A stretch of DNA of 64,000 nucleotides from Balanoglossus misakiensis (Eukaryota; Animalia; Hemichordata): the NCBI GenBank assembly GCA_040954595.2, contig CM082580.2, positions 2,842,783 through 2,906,782 on the forward strand, read 5' to 3'. The position numbers and the translations under genes are program-made. This document shows, in pieces, positions 17,745-31,200 of this stretch. Within the stretch, counting starts at the first letter, position 1. Every line of letters begins with the position of its first letter. Below the pieces are notes generated by a model. The model saw only the letters and a program-made list of their open reading frames with translations, did not search any database and was not told the DNA's origin.

Positions 17745-18504
17745 GTTTGGATCCGCCTTTTGGAATAGCGAAAGGTAATGGTATTTGCCTTTGGATAACC
17801 TAATGAATTAAGTATTACTGTTTAGTTAAAACAACCCGCAATGTAATTGCACCATGCAGACATAAGCATTGACCGCCAACTGGACATTCATAATTTAGGC
17901 TACACGTATACCCAATGGTTACTTGACCTTCAAGATATAGGGGACGTTTGTACACAACTGCAGCTTAACTATTGGCCTGATGCTGACCTTATTGAACTCT
18001 TCACGCTTGCATAAAATCCATTGAAAGCTGAATATGAAAAAAAACAAACACCAGCCCACCCCGAAGGTGAAGGCCAGAGGATGGGTTTTTAAGAGGACAT
18101 TTCTATTTACAAAAAACATGACTTGAAAAGTGGGTTATTTGATGTTATATTGAATCTATCTGATAATGGAGACTTATATATTTTCAACCTTGTGGGTTCA
18201 ATGAGGGTCAGCACATTGGTAAGCACCAGCTGGCATGCGCCTGCGTACTTCGTGTGAAAATTCAACGACCTTTATACATGATGTTTGTCCGAGTTGGCGA
18301 CAATACTGACATGCGTGAGCAGTGTATTAAGTAACTACATGAGGGTAGGACGACCCAGTTCGAAGTAAATTCTCGCCAACATCTATCATTTCACAGCCCG
18401 GGTGGTAGAGCTGCTACAATTTCTCTGCTGGTCATTCTGCAAGCGAAGTTCTGGCTGATATCAGTTCCAAACGATTCAATTATTGTCTAAACGAACCACT
18501 CGGA

Positions 18505-20368
18505 ATGTCTGGAGATAAACAGGTATAAATCGTCTTATTTTGACTGATTGATTACATGTACTTGTTAACTAAGTGCGAAAAATATAAGCAATATTCAGTT
18601 GTGGGCCCCGGAATCTGCTCTGAGCGTACACGCGTATAGGCATTCCCTTTATACACACTTAAAGCCTAAATGGCAAATAGCTGCATTTTCTTGTGTTATT
18701 TTTGAGATTTTGCTTTGAAATTCAAACTTGGGTGACAATTTTCATACACTTACTAATTCTGTAGGTATACACAAAACATGAATAGCTGAAAGTCTTGAAA
18801 GCAAACCACACTCTCGATATGCAATCATGTTCCATACCGAGTAAACGGTAACTTAGTGCTTATGTGCACTGGGCAGACTTTGGCTCTATAAGCTGCGATA
18901 GTATTATCGACGTCACTCATTGTCATTAAAAGCCAACATGAGTGTGGTAATATAACAACGTAGTTTGCTAGAACGTGCTACAAAATTGTTCTTACAGTGA
19001 ATTTACTGTAGGCCTTGAGACACTTATTAGTGTTATGCTAATGCCATTTTCACCATTAACACCAATGTGGAGCTTTCGGCCAATGAAAGTGACCAAGCCC
19101 AGATTAAAGTATGTCGTTTAAAAGTGTTTTTGCATCAAAGTTGGTTGCCCTAGATACCATAACATCTCCCGTTGACTCCAGGGAACACCTTCAACATCAA
19201 AAATTGCTGGAAAAGTTGCATTGGTAACAGGTTCCAGCGACAAACTTGGCATAGGCCTTGGTATAGCAAGAAGTCTTGCCAGTAGAGGATGTCCTGTGAT
19301 ATTGACGGGAAGTCGAAAACCCGAAAAAGTGGAACAACTGAGGACAGAATTAGAAAGGTAGAATGATTTACTTGGTCCCATTCCCTCCCACGTGCCGATG
19401 TAACTAACTCACATGTCCTGCCAGTAAAGGTCAGTGTGTAAAGCAAAGTGTCACGTAACTTTGTCGTAGGCCTACGTAGGTCCATGGTCAGAAGAATGTG
19501 ACGTGTGTACATAGGACGCTATATGATGTTTTGTGAACTATTTCTGTCTGTTGAAAGGTATGCGAGTGATTGTGTACGATTGATAACAGTGTTGGATGAC
19601 AGAAGCTTGCATTGCGTATACGTCTTGTTCGTGGGCATATACAATCATGACATATGACCAAGGTTCTTTCGCACCATAAATCAACAGTTATAGGTAATGA
19701 TCTAGGCCTGCAAGTATGTCCCGATTTGCCCGTTGTTTTCATTGCTGGTAACATCAACCCCAATCTGATTAAAATCAGATGTAGGGAACGGCGACTTGGT
19801 TTTTTTTCTGTTGTCGCCTCACATAAAAAAAAACAAGTCGCCGTTCCCTACATCTGATTTTAATCAGCTTGCATCAACCCCTTCAAAGTGCGAAATACAG
19901 TGAATTTCAGATATCAATGACCTCATTACACATACTGAATATATTGAGCTACGGTTTTGGACGTTCTCGCATTACGTCTTGCAAATCTCAGAAGATTATT
20001 TCTTTTATTTTTGGGACTGTTAACTTTATTCTAGTGAATATGGCGTCACTACCCACTACATCGCGGCAGATTTCAGCAGTTTATACGAAGTGGAAAAACT
20101 CATTAAAGACATCAAACAGATCTACCCCAATGGTGTTGACATTTTGGTCAACAATGCAGGTAGGAAACATACATACATACATACATACATACATACATAC
20201 ATACATACATACATACATACATACATACATACATACGTACGTACGTACGTACGTACGTACGTACGTACGTACATACATACATACATACATACATACATAC
20301 ATACATACATACGTACGTACGTACGTACGTACGTACGTACGTACATACATACATACATACATACAGAC

Positions 20369-20404
<36 letters not shown>

Positions 20405-22682
20405 GGAATGGAAAATAACCACGCACTGTACATCGGGACAGTCCGTTGCCTTAAATAATAATTTTAAGATTTCTACACAGAGCTTTTCCCTGGTAGTATG
20501 GCTCTTGAAAAAATGGATATTTCCTTGTGGGAGAAGTGCCTGCGAGTCAATTTAACGGCGCCATTTTACCTGGTGCAACTTACGCTTCCGGATATGAAAA
20601 GAAAAGGTGAGCTTGTTTACAAAATGTGCTACCTGAAAGCATGTTACTTTCCCTTCTTTTTTAATAACAAAATTTCCGTTTCTAGAATAAAAGAAAAGAA
20701 AATATAACTGAAGTACATGTACAAGTACATTTTCAAAAAAGTTGGGAGTTACTATAAGGTTTAAAGTGACTATGTATTCTATGGTTATAGGATGGGGAAG
20801 AATTATCAACATGTGTGGTACTGTTGCCTTTGGAGGAGCACCGCAGCTTGTATTTCATGGTGTAGGCAAACATGGTCTTGCTGGCTTGACTAAGGTAGTT
20901 TTTAATAAAACCAGGAGAACTGACAGATCTGTGGGAAAACCATAAGTTTGGGCTGGTCTAATGAAGATTAGCCATTATAATAATGACATCATATGGAATT
21001 CTTTGTAGTAAAATATTAATAAACCAACCAATACAATCAACCAATACAAATTGATTGATCGAACATTCGTTGCGGATTTGACTATAGTGGCTTACAAAGT
21101 GCATTTGTCTTTCTGACTATGTTGATCGAAAAACAACAACAACCGGTGGACAGTATGTTCCTTCTGTGCAGCTCAATCCGTTTTCATTGTTTCAATTCTT
21201 TCAATTACAGACTGTTGCATTGGAAACACTCGGATCTGGTGTGACATGCAATGCTATAGCGCCAGGCACCGTCCGGACGCAAAGTAAGCCACGCCTCATT
21301 TGTCACCCATTGATGTGTATGGAAGCACCACACATATTTATTGTTATAACATAACATAACATAACATAACATAACATAACATAACATAACATAACATAAC
21401 ATAACATAACATAACATAATATAATATAATATTGTATTCTAATGGTATTTTTCCGTGTATTTGCCCCATTGCAAGCATGCATAGACTACATTGACAAAGG
21501 AGCGGAAAGGGAAGGAGTTTCGTTCGAAGAATTCGAGGTGTGTTGAATATTTTGTCCATATGGTGTTTCGTGCATGCTTCGGCCCCACACCCATGTCGCT
21601 AATCTTGAACATGACTTTTTGTTACAAACTCGAAACCTTGATGAGGTTATTTTGTACTTTTTGCGTGGTTCAGTTGCTTTGCTAGAATTGGGCCATAAGT
21701 GACGTATCAATCACTAAAATATTATTACACATCTCTTTCAGAAAATGAACTTGGCAAGATTTAGTGCGTCCGGGAAATACGTCGAAACCCAACAGGTTTG
21801 TTTTATTTTCATGACTATGCAAGCCCCATCCATAGCGTTTAATAGAAGCTTCGAATAGCTCATTCATGTAACTGTCGCATTATTGAGGCTTAATTGACAA
21901 CAGGTCAATAGTGGTACATTTCATTAGTATTGCCAAGAATTATTCAGGTCCAAAGACTATTGTTTAGTCGACTGTCTTCGTACAAGTATATTCTAGACGC
22001 AGGTAAAACAAATACGTAGGGACTAAACAATAATATAGATTTTGAATACATTTAAAAATCCACGTATTTCTATCACAAATTACCAGGGATCACAAGTTAC
22101 AAACAAGAACTTCGGGAGGGGGGTCTCATTTTAGCAAAATGTCACCTTTCAAGTGACTGAACAATACCAAATAGGCCATTTTCATGACCCCTACGTGACC
22201 TTGCATCCTCGTACATGTACTGTTCTTCTGTTGGCGTGAATTCATCAGGTTGATTTCAACCTTCCAAACACTTCATAATTCGTTTGTATAGTCAATGTAT
22301 AGTATTTAGCGAAAACGACTCTCTTCCGGCAAGCAACATTTTACATCTTTCCTGTCCCATAATGTTGAATTTTGACAACTACATACCACCAGAAGTACAA
22401 GGATGTAAGGTCATGTAGGGGTCATGAAAGTCACCGGCCCTAGCCCTACCCAGGTAAGCATTTCCAGGGAGGCATTGTATCCTACAACATAGTCTCGGTT
22501 ACCTACTACCTACAACACGGCACCTGTTACATTGTGAATGGTCAACAAAAACAGCATTCAACCTACACAGTTTGAGTTTCATTTCATAGGTTGGTGAGTT
22601 TGCGGCGTTCCTGTGTTCACCAGCAGCCGATCAGATGACTGGCACATGTATCCCGATTGACGGAGGCGATCGAGCCAAGTGA
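18505..22682 (+). CDS. Short-chain dehydrogenase/reductase (3-hydroxybutyrate dehydrogenase-like), paralog 2, 9 exons, ~276 aa, HxxxK active-site motif
   Basis: Exons 18505-18522, 19182-19357, 20035-20159, 20481-20606, 20791-20894, 21211-21283, 21476-21537, 21742-21795 and 22590-22682 have the same intron positions as paralog 1. Translation: MSGDKQ...GKVALVTGSSDKLGIGLGIA...GWGRIINMCGTVAFGGAPQLVFHGVGKHGLAGLTK...FLCSPAADQMTGTCIPIDGGDRAK*. Confidence 0.9.
19761..19868. mobile_element. Short palindromic MITE
   Basis: TIR ctgattaaaatcagatgtagggaacggcgacttg and its reverse complement. A related copy lies at 54552-54684 and a half copy at ~11672-11702. Confidence 0.75.
20168..20404. repeat. Compound tetranucleotide microsatellite (TACA)n/(TACG)n/(GACA)n
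   Basis: Seen directly in intron 3 of SDR paralog 2. Confidence 0.97.
21345..21432. repeat. (ATAAC)n pentanucleotide microsatellite
   Basis: Seen directly. Confidence 0.95.
22172..22442. mobile_element. MITE with imperfect TIRs
   Basis: taggccattttcatgacccctacgtgaccttgcatcct ... aggatgtaaggtcatgtaggggtcatgaaa...ggccc. A degraded relative lies at ~49690-49890. Confidence 0.6.
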
Positions 22683-25223
22683 AGGCATCGATAGCAACCG
22701 AACGGTGTCAACGACAGCTTCGATGTCTTGAAGTATCGTTCCGACTGTGTTTTATGTGTTCTTGGTTACATCTGATACACCCCCCCCCCCCCGATTGACT
22801 TTGGTATATTCCCGACGAGAGACCGACACGTACAAACATATATACCATGAGAAGCGGTATATAACAAGTGGCAAAAACATTGAGTTAATTAAAATGCTAC
22901 TTTGAGGTCAGGACGGCGAATGTTTTCCGGCGGGGGGGGGGGGGGGTGTCATCATATTTTTTGGCCTGTCAAAAGGGGGGGGGTCATCATTTTTTTGTCC
23001 TGGGTGAAAGGGGGGTCGGCCTGATTTTGAAAACCGGTGACACAAACTTGCCCCCCCCCCCCAGCCGTAAAAACTGAACGGTCCCTAAGGTATATCACAT
23101 CAGGCTACAGTCAGCGGGAGTCGACCACCTATGGAAAATACTATACTTATTCGGAATACCCCTGAGAACATTCCAAAAAGTGCTTCCTTGGTGACCAAAC
23201 CGATTTGTTTTGTGCAACTAAGCAATATGCACCAAGATGCACCACAGGACTATAATGCTCATTTGCACTTGTCTTGCTCTTCCCCGGAACTTTTGAATGA
23301 TTGTTTGATTGACTGGGTGAGTGACCGAATTGTCAAGAATTTGTCATCACGTCCCAAACGATGCTGAAATTTTTGATGGACTGGGAACGGACCAACGAAC
23401 ATCGACCTACCGGTAATCTAGAAGTTCACCTCTTCATGTGTAGAATCTTGGATAAGTGACCAAAGTCTAGAAATTGAGCTTGGCAGTAAAGAGTGCATAA
23501 AATTCTTCTACATGAAAGAGTTTGTTGTGATTTAACTGAAATTAATGAGATGCATTTGTTGTTCTCTTGTAGGTTTATTAAATTCACACAATACTACAGT
23601 TGAAACTGATAAAAAACAAACTCTCATCAACATTATGAATAATAATACATAACCATTGGCTACTTTCCTTGAAGTCATTACTATTGTAGTTGTACTTTGT
23701 TAATGTTAAAAATGTCAAAGGAATTTACTGTACATGTACTTTACAGCCCTCTCTGATAATGCATGTTGTCACGGTTACTAGAAGATGTTGTGTACTAAAA
23801 TAAAATATGAAAATATAAACATAAACTCCTTCTCCTGAATGAGTGTATAATCAACTTCCTCTATTGGTGATAATGGAATTGAATGATTTTGTTAGGGACG
23901 TTCATTGAAACAACTCGGCTCAAATACTGGCATAAATTATGATTTTCAAACACAGCCTGTGGTCGGTACTGACCGCCCCCCATATGTGGTCCTGGAACAT
24001 TTCAGATTTGTGACGGCTTTGCCAGCCAGATCGGAGCTGGTGAGGATAAACACCTCTCCGAAACACATTGTCTATCATGGGGCGGAATATTATCACAAAA
24101 GTGGCAGCTCATGGGGGCTTCAAAATAATGAAAATGAAATGACACACACACATTTTCCCAGTGTTGTTTATTCATTACAAAGTCCGAGATTTTGATTTCC
24201 CATGGTCAGTGGACCTAGGTCTTTGGACCTAAATATTCCATTCAACTCCCGGTGGAGCAAACAACAGCTCATATGTGCAGCCATTATACAGCACAGCTGA
24301 GCTAAACAGATACATTACAATCTCTGGCCTACCAAGGTAGCCATTTCTCCTGGGTGGGGAGAGGCAATGAGATGTAAACTGCCTTGCCACTGGACCATGA
24401 TGCCTCTAGTTGTCAACATTGTATTTCAGTGTTTTTCTACATTGTTGACGAGTTGTTACCTCAAAAGACTATGAAAAAAGGAACAGTTGGTACTAAAAAA
24501 GGTAACTTTTTCAGTATTCAAAATGTCTAAAATACAGATGTGCATCACACGAGATTGCCTATACAACAAGTTGAATTTATAAGGTATCAAAAGCTTTGCC
24601 TCAACATTTCTTCTACGTTTATTTTTTTCTTTATAATGATTAATGAATGTGATGTGCTTAAAAACAAATTGTAATCTTGACAAGTAATGGCTATACCAGA
24701 ATGCAATTGATTTATTTTAAGAGTCCCAGGTTACAAACAGTTCTGAATTGTAATATGCATTACATGGCATTGTATTTTTCAGCTTTCTTTTCTAATACTC
24801 GATGATAATGATGATGGCGCTGATGATGATGAGTAAAAAATCTTCAATATTCATGATAAATCTCTAAAGAATATCCACCTTATCCCAACCACAAAACTAA
24901 CCACTGATTATTTGTGAGAAAAGACGAGGTCATTGTTCATCTTACTTCTGTGTTTTTGACTTGTACTTGTGCACATTTCTATACAATGTCTCAGTATCAA
25001 TATACACTGGTAATTCTACAAGTAAGTGCATCCAACTTCATTGGTAAAATACAAGCATTCAAAGTTTCTGCTAATACTTTTCTTGTTTAACTAATTACAT
25101 GGACAGTGTAATATCAAAACAGACCACTTTTATTTTAAAGTGGCAGGCTACTGAATGCCATTGGGCAATAAGATGTGTCTTTCCATTGGAATTTTCACCA
25201 CGTGTTCTCCGAACCAGCATCCT

Positions 25224-28200
25224 CTACAACTGTGGCTTGGTCCACTTGTAGGTACCAGTAAAACGGAAATTGTGTTTAGCAGCCATTTCATCAGCTTCAG
25301 CTGGACCACGCCTGCAATGTCAAAGTCATGATTTTGAATGTTATACTGAAACTACGCACAGTTGACAATGTTTGAAAATGTCCGGTCCCGATGAAAGAGA
25401 TTTCAAGAGATTGGAAATCAAGGCAATGACATATAGACTCTTCCACCCCACTCAACTCCCTGGGGAGCAAACAATTATTACATGCATAGCAGAGATAAAC
25501 ACGCACATTGCAATCTCTGTCCTACCAGACAGTCATTACACCTTGGGTGGGGAGAAGCAATGAGAAGGAAAGTGTCTTGGCTCCAGGGCAAAACACCACA
25601 GCCACTCTTGATCACCTCTCATGAACACGAGTACCCTATACCATTTCCTATCAATTTTAATGGGAAGCGGTCGTCGCGCCGCGTGGGTGTCCCCCTTGAT
25701 GAGAATATGTCCTCCCATACCAGTGCAAACCCCACTGCAGTCACTGCGACCTACTAGGATCTTCAGTTGCTGTCATGCCCAGTCTACACTACGGTTGGCT
25801 GCTTGTTCATTCCACGAATGATCTCATTTCAACGATTTGTGTATGAATTGTAATGTTTATAAACAAACGCGGCGCGACAACCCCTTCACTTTAAGTCAAC
25901 TCTGCAGGCTAAGAGGGTAATTGTACAGACAGGATTGTTATCTTACCCGCCATATTTGTATGGAACTGGCTTGATCTTCTCTGTTTCTATTTGATGCAAT
26001 ATTGGTGTAAATATTCTCCAAGCCTCTGCCAATTCATCACTGAAACGAAAAGTAAGTGATATGATGCCGTTATATCATGGCCAGGCAATAGGTGTTCACT
26101 GTACCATTCTGTGGCAGAATACACCAATGATCTCATCTGCTGTATCTTTATAATTCCAACACTTCATATACTCACGTTCTCACAAAATGCATCTGACTTC
26201 CACAGAAGACATCTAATATCAGACGGACATATGCATCAGGCAAGACAACATCCTGTAGAAGAAACAAAGTCAAGTCTGTGAAAGAACGAAATATGGACTT
26301 CTGGCAAAAAGAAGTTGTGTCACTCAGTCAGGTGTTTTGAAAATAGTAAGCCATCCTGCCCCATGTGACACCTGCCATATATCAATCTCAGAGTCAAATA
26401 GGCAGTAGTACCACTTCAAATGGAAAAAACAACAACAACATACAAAATGGCCACCTAGTGATCATAGAGGATCATATTTATAAATTCTGATGCACTGTAC
26501 ATCATAAGCACACTGTCTCCGGCAAATTAGAATGGCATCTGTTCATTACCCAGCAACCATTATGGATCGTACCGCAAAATAAATTGATGTGCATATGTAC
26601 ACAATATGCATTGTTCATGTACAGTCAAACCTGTCTATAGTGGCCAGTCAAGGGAATTTCCCAAATTTGCCTTTAGAGGTCACAGATAGTCTTTATAATT
26701 ATAGACATGTCAATTAATTAATGTACCTGTTAGCAACATAAGGACCGTCAAAGTCTAAGGACGCAAAGCCATTATATGGCTGTGGGTGCAGAGATAGACG
26801 CACACATGCAGATGATGAACAGAAGGCCACAACCAAATCCACAAGTTCCCCCCCCCCCTCCCCCTGCACTTCATTGAAACAAGACTCAGTTTTTGTACTG
26901 AAAGCAAATATTTTTTCTACAGTATACATTTATATACGGATAGCATTGCACATCAGGATACCGGATATTATCAAGTGTGTTATAACCCATTTTCATCTTA
27001 ATCAATTGAGAAATGAGAGCTCAGCGAAATGTAAATGCCACACTGTACCTTATATCGTTCTCCATACGTGAGATCCAGCTCTGTTTCAACTGGATTGAAT
27101 GACATGCCAGGTTTTTTGGTCATGAATTTACAGTAGACAGCTTCAGCAGGCTGAACTCGGATTACCAATTCATTTCTCTGAAGGTGCCCTTCAAAAATAT
27201 CACCAGGTGGTTCATGGAACTGAATGCGGACTTCTGCTTTCCTCTCATTCAGGGCTGTAATAATAAAGCGAATACAGATGCATAAACATTTGAAACGAAG
27301 AAAACGGCAACCGTAGCTATAATTACATGTACATATACAAAATGGGAGTTAATTATAACAAAATGATGGCGAGACTGGATCATATCATGAAATAAATTGA
27401 CATGCACATGTACCTTATGGGAGAGGAGGGGGGGGGGGGCTAAATCAAACATTTCTTATGATCTAAAATCAATTATATTATATCATGCCACAGTCACAGC
27501 CAGCCAGCAGTGGTAAAACAGGCCCCTGAGGACAAAACACCACAGCCATGCCTGGGCTCAAACCCACGATCCTCCGATTATGAGTCCACTGTAAACTTGT
27601 AATCACTGGACAAGGATGCCTCTTTGTAAGCGATCCTTCTTAAAATCATCTTACCTTTTCCACATTTCAGAATAAAAGGCACACCTGAAAACAAAGTCAG
27701 AGAATAATTGCAATCAAAATATTTTTCCAAAAAGGACGAGTGGGAGAATTTGTAAAGTAAGGAGACTGCAATCAGAAAGCTACAATTGACAGCTTTGATT
27801 GTACTGACTAATATAAGGATCACAGTAACAGCAGAATGGATACTATCCAGACCAGACAAGTTACTGATGAAGGTTTAGTCATTGTAAATTAAGTCCAAAA
27901 GAACTTCCAAGTCAATAGGTCTGTGAAGGAAATATTTTCCATGTTGAAAATTAAAAGTCAATACGGGCACAAGTCTGTAAAGGCTACTATCTTAAAACAC
28001 AGTGTCAAGGACACTGTGGTCATATTTGGGGATTACACAGAAATAAGTGTACATCGGACTAAAAATCACAGGTGACATTGGCAAGCAGATATGACCTTCT
28101 TTCAAGGCAATCTCACAAGCAGTTTCAGAGAAAACAACATTTGTTCAATAATGGCAAAAAAACTGCCCAAAAAACAAATAAGAAAATATCACCAAAATTG

Positions 28201-31200
28201 TACAACATCTTGCGTCAATCATAAAACCAACAGTTAGAGGGTAATGGCCCCTTTAACTTACCATCCCATCTCTCATTTGAAATGTAGAGAACTGCAGCAG
28301 CAAACGTAGGTGTAACAGAATCATTTGGAACCGTTGGATCATCTAAATACCCAAGTTTGGCATCACCTTCACCAGCGGGATCACCAACATACTGGCCAAG
28401 AACAAGATTCTCCAATTTCAGTTCAGGCATACTACGCAACACTTTCACCTGGCAATAAAATAAGAAAGGAGGCACTGTAAGCACTCTGGCAGTTTTCGCA
28501 AGATGGCTCATGGGAACAAACTGTGTGGGGCCAGAGCAAGAGCCAGATTTGTTTGGTTTGAGTATATATATCCCTAACGCTGCTAAGTCAGTTGAAACTG
28601 GTTTGATTTCCAGGGTGCCTAGCATCCTGGCTCCCAGGCCTGTTAGACTGCCAAGCGAGTGTTACTCAGTAGGGCCTATACAAGACCCTAAAACCAAACC
28701 AGTGCAATTTGGTACATTTTACAGGGGGTTCAGACTGCCAAGTGTGTCTAAGTACGTATGAGAGCCATGTCAAGACAGTCAAAATATGTTTTAGAAGAAA
28801 AAGTGGCAAATACATATTTTAAGGGACTTGACACTCTAAACAGGTATGACACCCAGTAGCATAAGGGATATTTACATGTACATATTACATAGATATGTAA
28901 ATGAAAAAATTGTCTAGACTCTCTCACAGCCCACGGTTCACTACAGGGCTCTTTACATGTTATACACCGACTGATATGCCCTCTGCAACCGTACCGTTCA
29001 CTGGTTCAGCAAAGGAGAAGCACCGTGTGGTGTTGTATAGCCGGCCAACACATGCAATCAGACCATAAGTCTGCATGGATGCGAGAGGGGCTGTGAGAGA
29101 GTCTTAGTCCACTCTAAATGTGGGTGCATTACACTGCCCCTTCTCCCTGTTGACTTCCACAATAAACTCAACTTACAGTTACTGCCAATGTTCTGCTACA
29201 AGGCTATTTACACCCATGCATCGCGTGCACATCATACAATGAAGGGCCCTCAATTATTTAGGAAAGCAAGATGGATTTATGAGGCCAAAATGGATACCAC
29301 TTTAATATTTATTTGAACTTATTTGTGATTTGTCTGATTGGCTGATTGTCTGGACACATTCAGCCCTTGCCCATGTGCTAGAAAGATCCCCCCCTCCAAA
29401 GTACAAAATGTACTATGATTGACAGATCTCCACAAGCAATATACATGGCACCAGCTGATATAGCATATAAACAATAATCAAGCCTCCTTATCCAAACATC
29501 CTAACTCCCTTGTACATTATTTGATGTGCCAATGTCTTCCCAAAATGAACATGTGAGGATGTCAACTCTAAAGGTGTTTATCTTAGAATAGAGACTTACC
29601 TTTTCATTTCTTATTGCTTCAGCATCTGTTGACACAGGTTTTTCCATGGCAACCAAAGTTAACATCTGCAGCAGATGGTTTTGCATTACATCTCTGAAAT
29701 GAAAGTTATAGTTAAACCATGTTATAGCTGCCAAATCTCACATAATTTTTTTCCACAGTAAAAGACTTCAAATATATTCCCTATCCTCTAAAATCCCCAC
29801 CATTAAGCCATATTACTTGCATTTGCATCACTATGTCATCTCTTGGCGACACATACCACGTACTGTTTGCGTACTGTTTGTATGGTGGCTGATTAAATCG
29901 GTGCGGCACCATTTTAATACATAGCTAGTTCAAATTGCAACCTGCAGTCACAATCGGGCATCGATAAGGTGTTCATGTATACCTATCAGTAAGCTTATTT
30001 AGATGGGCCAATTATAAAGTTGGAAAATAAAATCATGAAAATAATGCAAAAAGTAGCAGCTCTAGAGGCTCTAATACACCAATTTCCTAAAGAGGGCCGT
30101 ATTCTTCAAAAGTTTCGTGCAAAAATGAGGTAACTAGATTTGAGGTAAACCAACTGCAGATAGCCTTCTGAAGCACATGTACATACCTCGTGTAGGCACA
30201 CACGCACACGTGCAACTAAATCCATTAGTCTTCCAGATTATTTCTGTTGAACTAATATTCAAAATTAGAAGAGACTTGGTTCAAACTACAGCCACTGTGA
30301 TGAAAGATCAAAGTCTTATTACCTCATTATACCAAACTCATCAAAGTAGCCACCTCTTCCTTGAGTTCCAAAAGGTTCTTTAAAAGTGATCACAACACTG
30401 GCAATATGGTTACGATTCCAGGATGGTCCAAAAACCATATTTCCAAATCTATAAGCAAAATATAAGATGTATACAAAATAAACAGATTTCTCTGTGTACA
30501 TTATCAACTTCAGCTTCTTATACTATACTCGGGATAGCGCGACGAAATGTAGTCCTCAGCTTCTTAAAGCACCTAGCTCGTCTCACACGCATGTTCCAAC
30601 TGTAGCCGCTGGTTACAGACATTTAGTGAACAGTCAATCCCATAAGGCAGTGCTCTGTCCTAACAACAGAGAAGATGGTGGCGACCATAATCTGTGTCCG
30701 AGATCGGGAAAAGACACTAGCTTGGGTGAAAAGGAATTGAAAAGGAGGGACAAAACGCATGAAATATGAAAGGAAGCGAAGGCAGTCCACTATTTGAATG
30801 GAAGTTACACGCATGCACGTGAGACGATCTATTGCCTTTAAAGCCTGTGATGACATTATGGCGATTTTTATCGATGACGATGTACTGAAGTCCAGACTTG
30901 AATTCTAATTTCAACAATAACAAATAAAACCTGAGGTATTTCAAAAAACTACATGCACAAAAAACAATGCACATATATAAGAGACCCTTAAAGATTACAA
31001 CATACCTGAGAATCATCAGGTTCTGTACCATTTCCTTTCCCAGATAATGATCAATACGATAGATCTCATCCTCGGTGAACAGAGAACTCAAATGATTGGA
31101 CAACGTTGCAGAGCTGTCAGAATCTTTGCCAAAAGGTTTTTCAACAATGACTCGGGTCCAACCCCTGAAAAACAATTCAAACTACAATCCTCAACACTAT

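Noticed and set aside
19869-20555. 228-aa ORF, the longest in the track
   Set aside because: It is off-frame read-through across an SDR exon and a tetranucleotide microsatellite.
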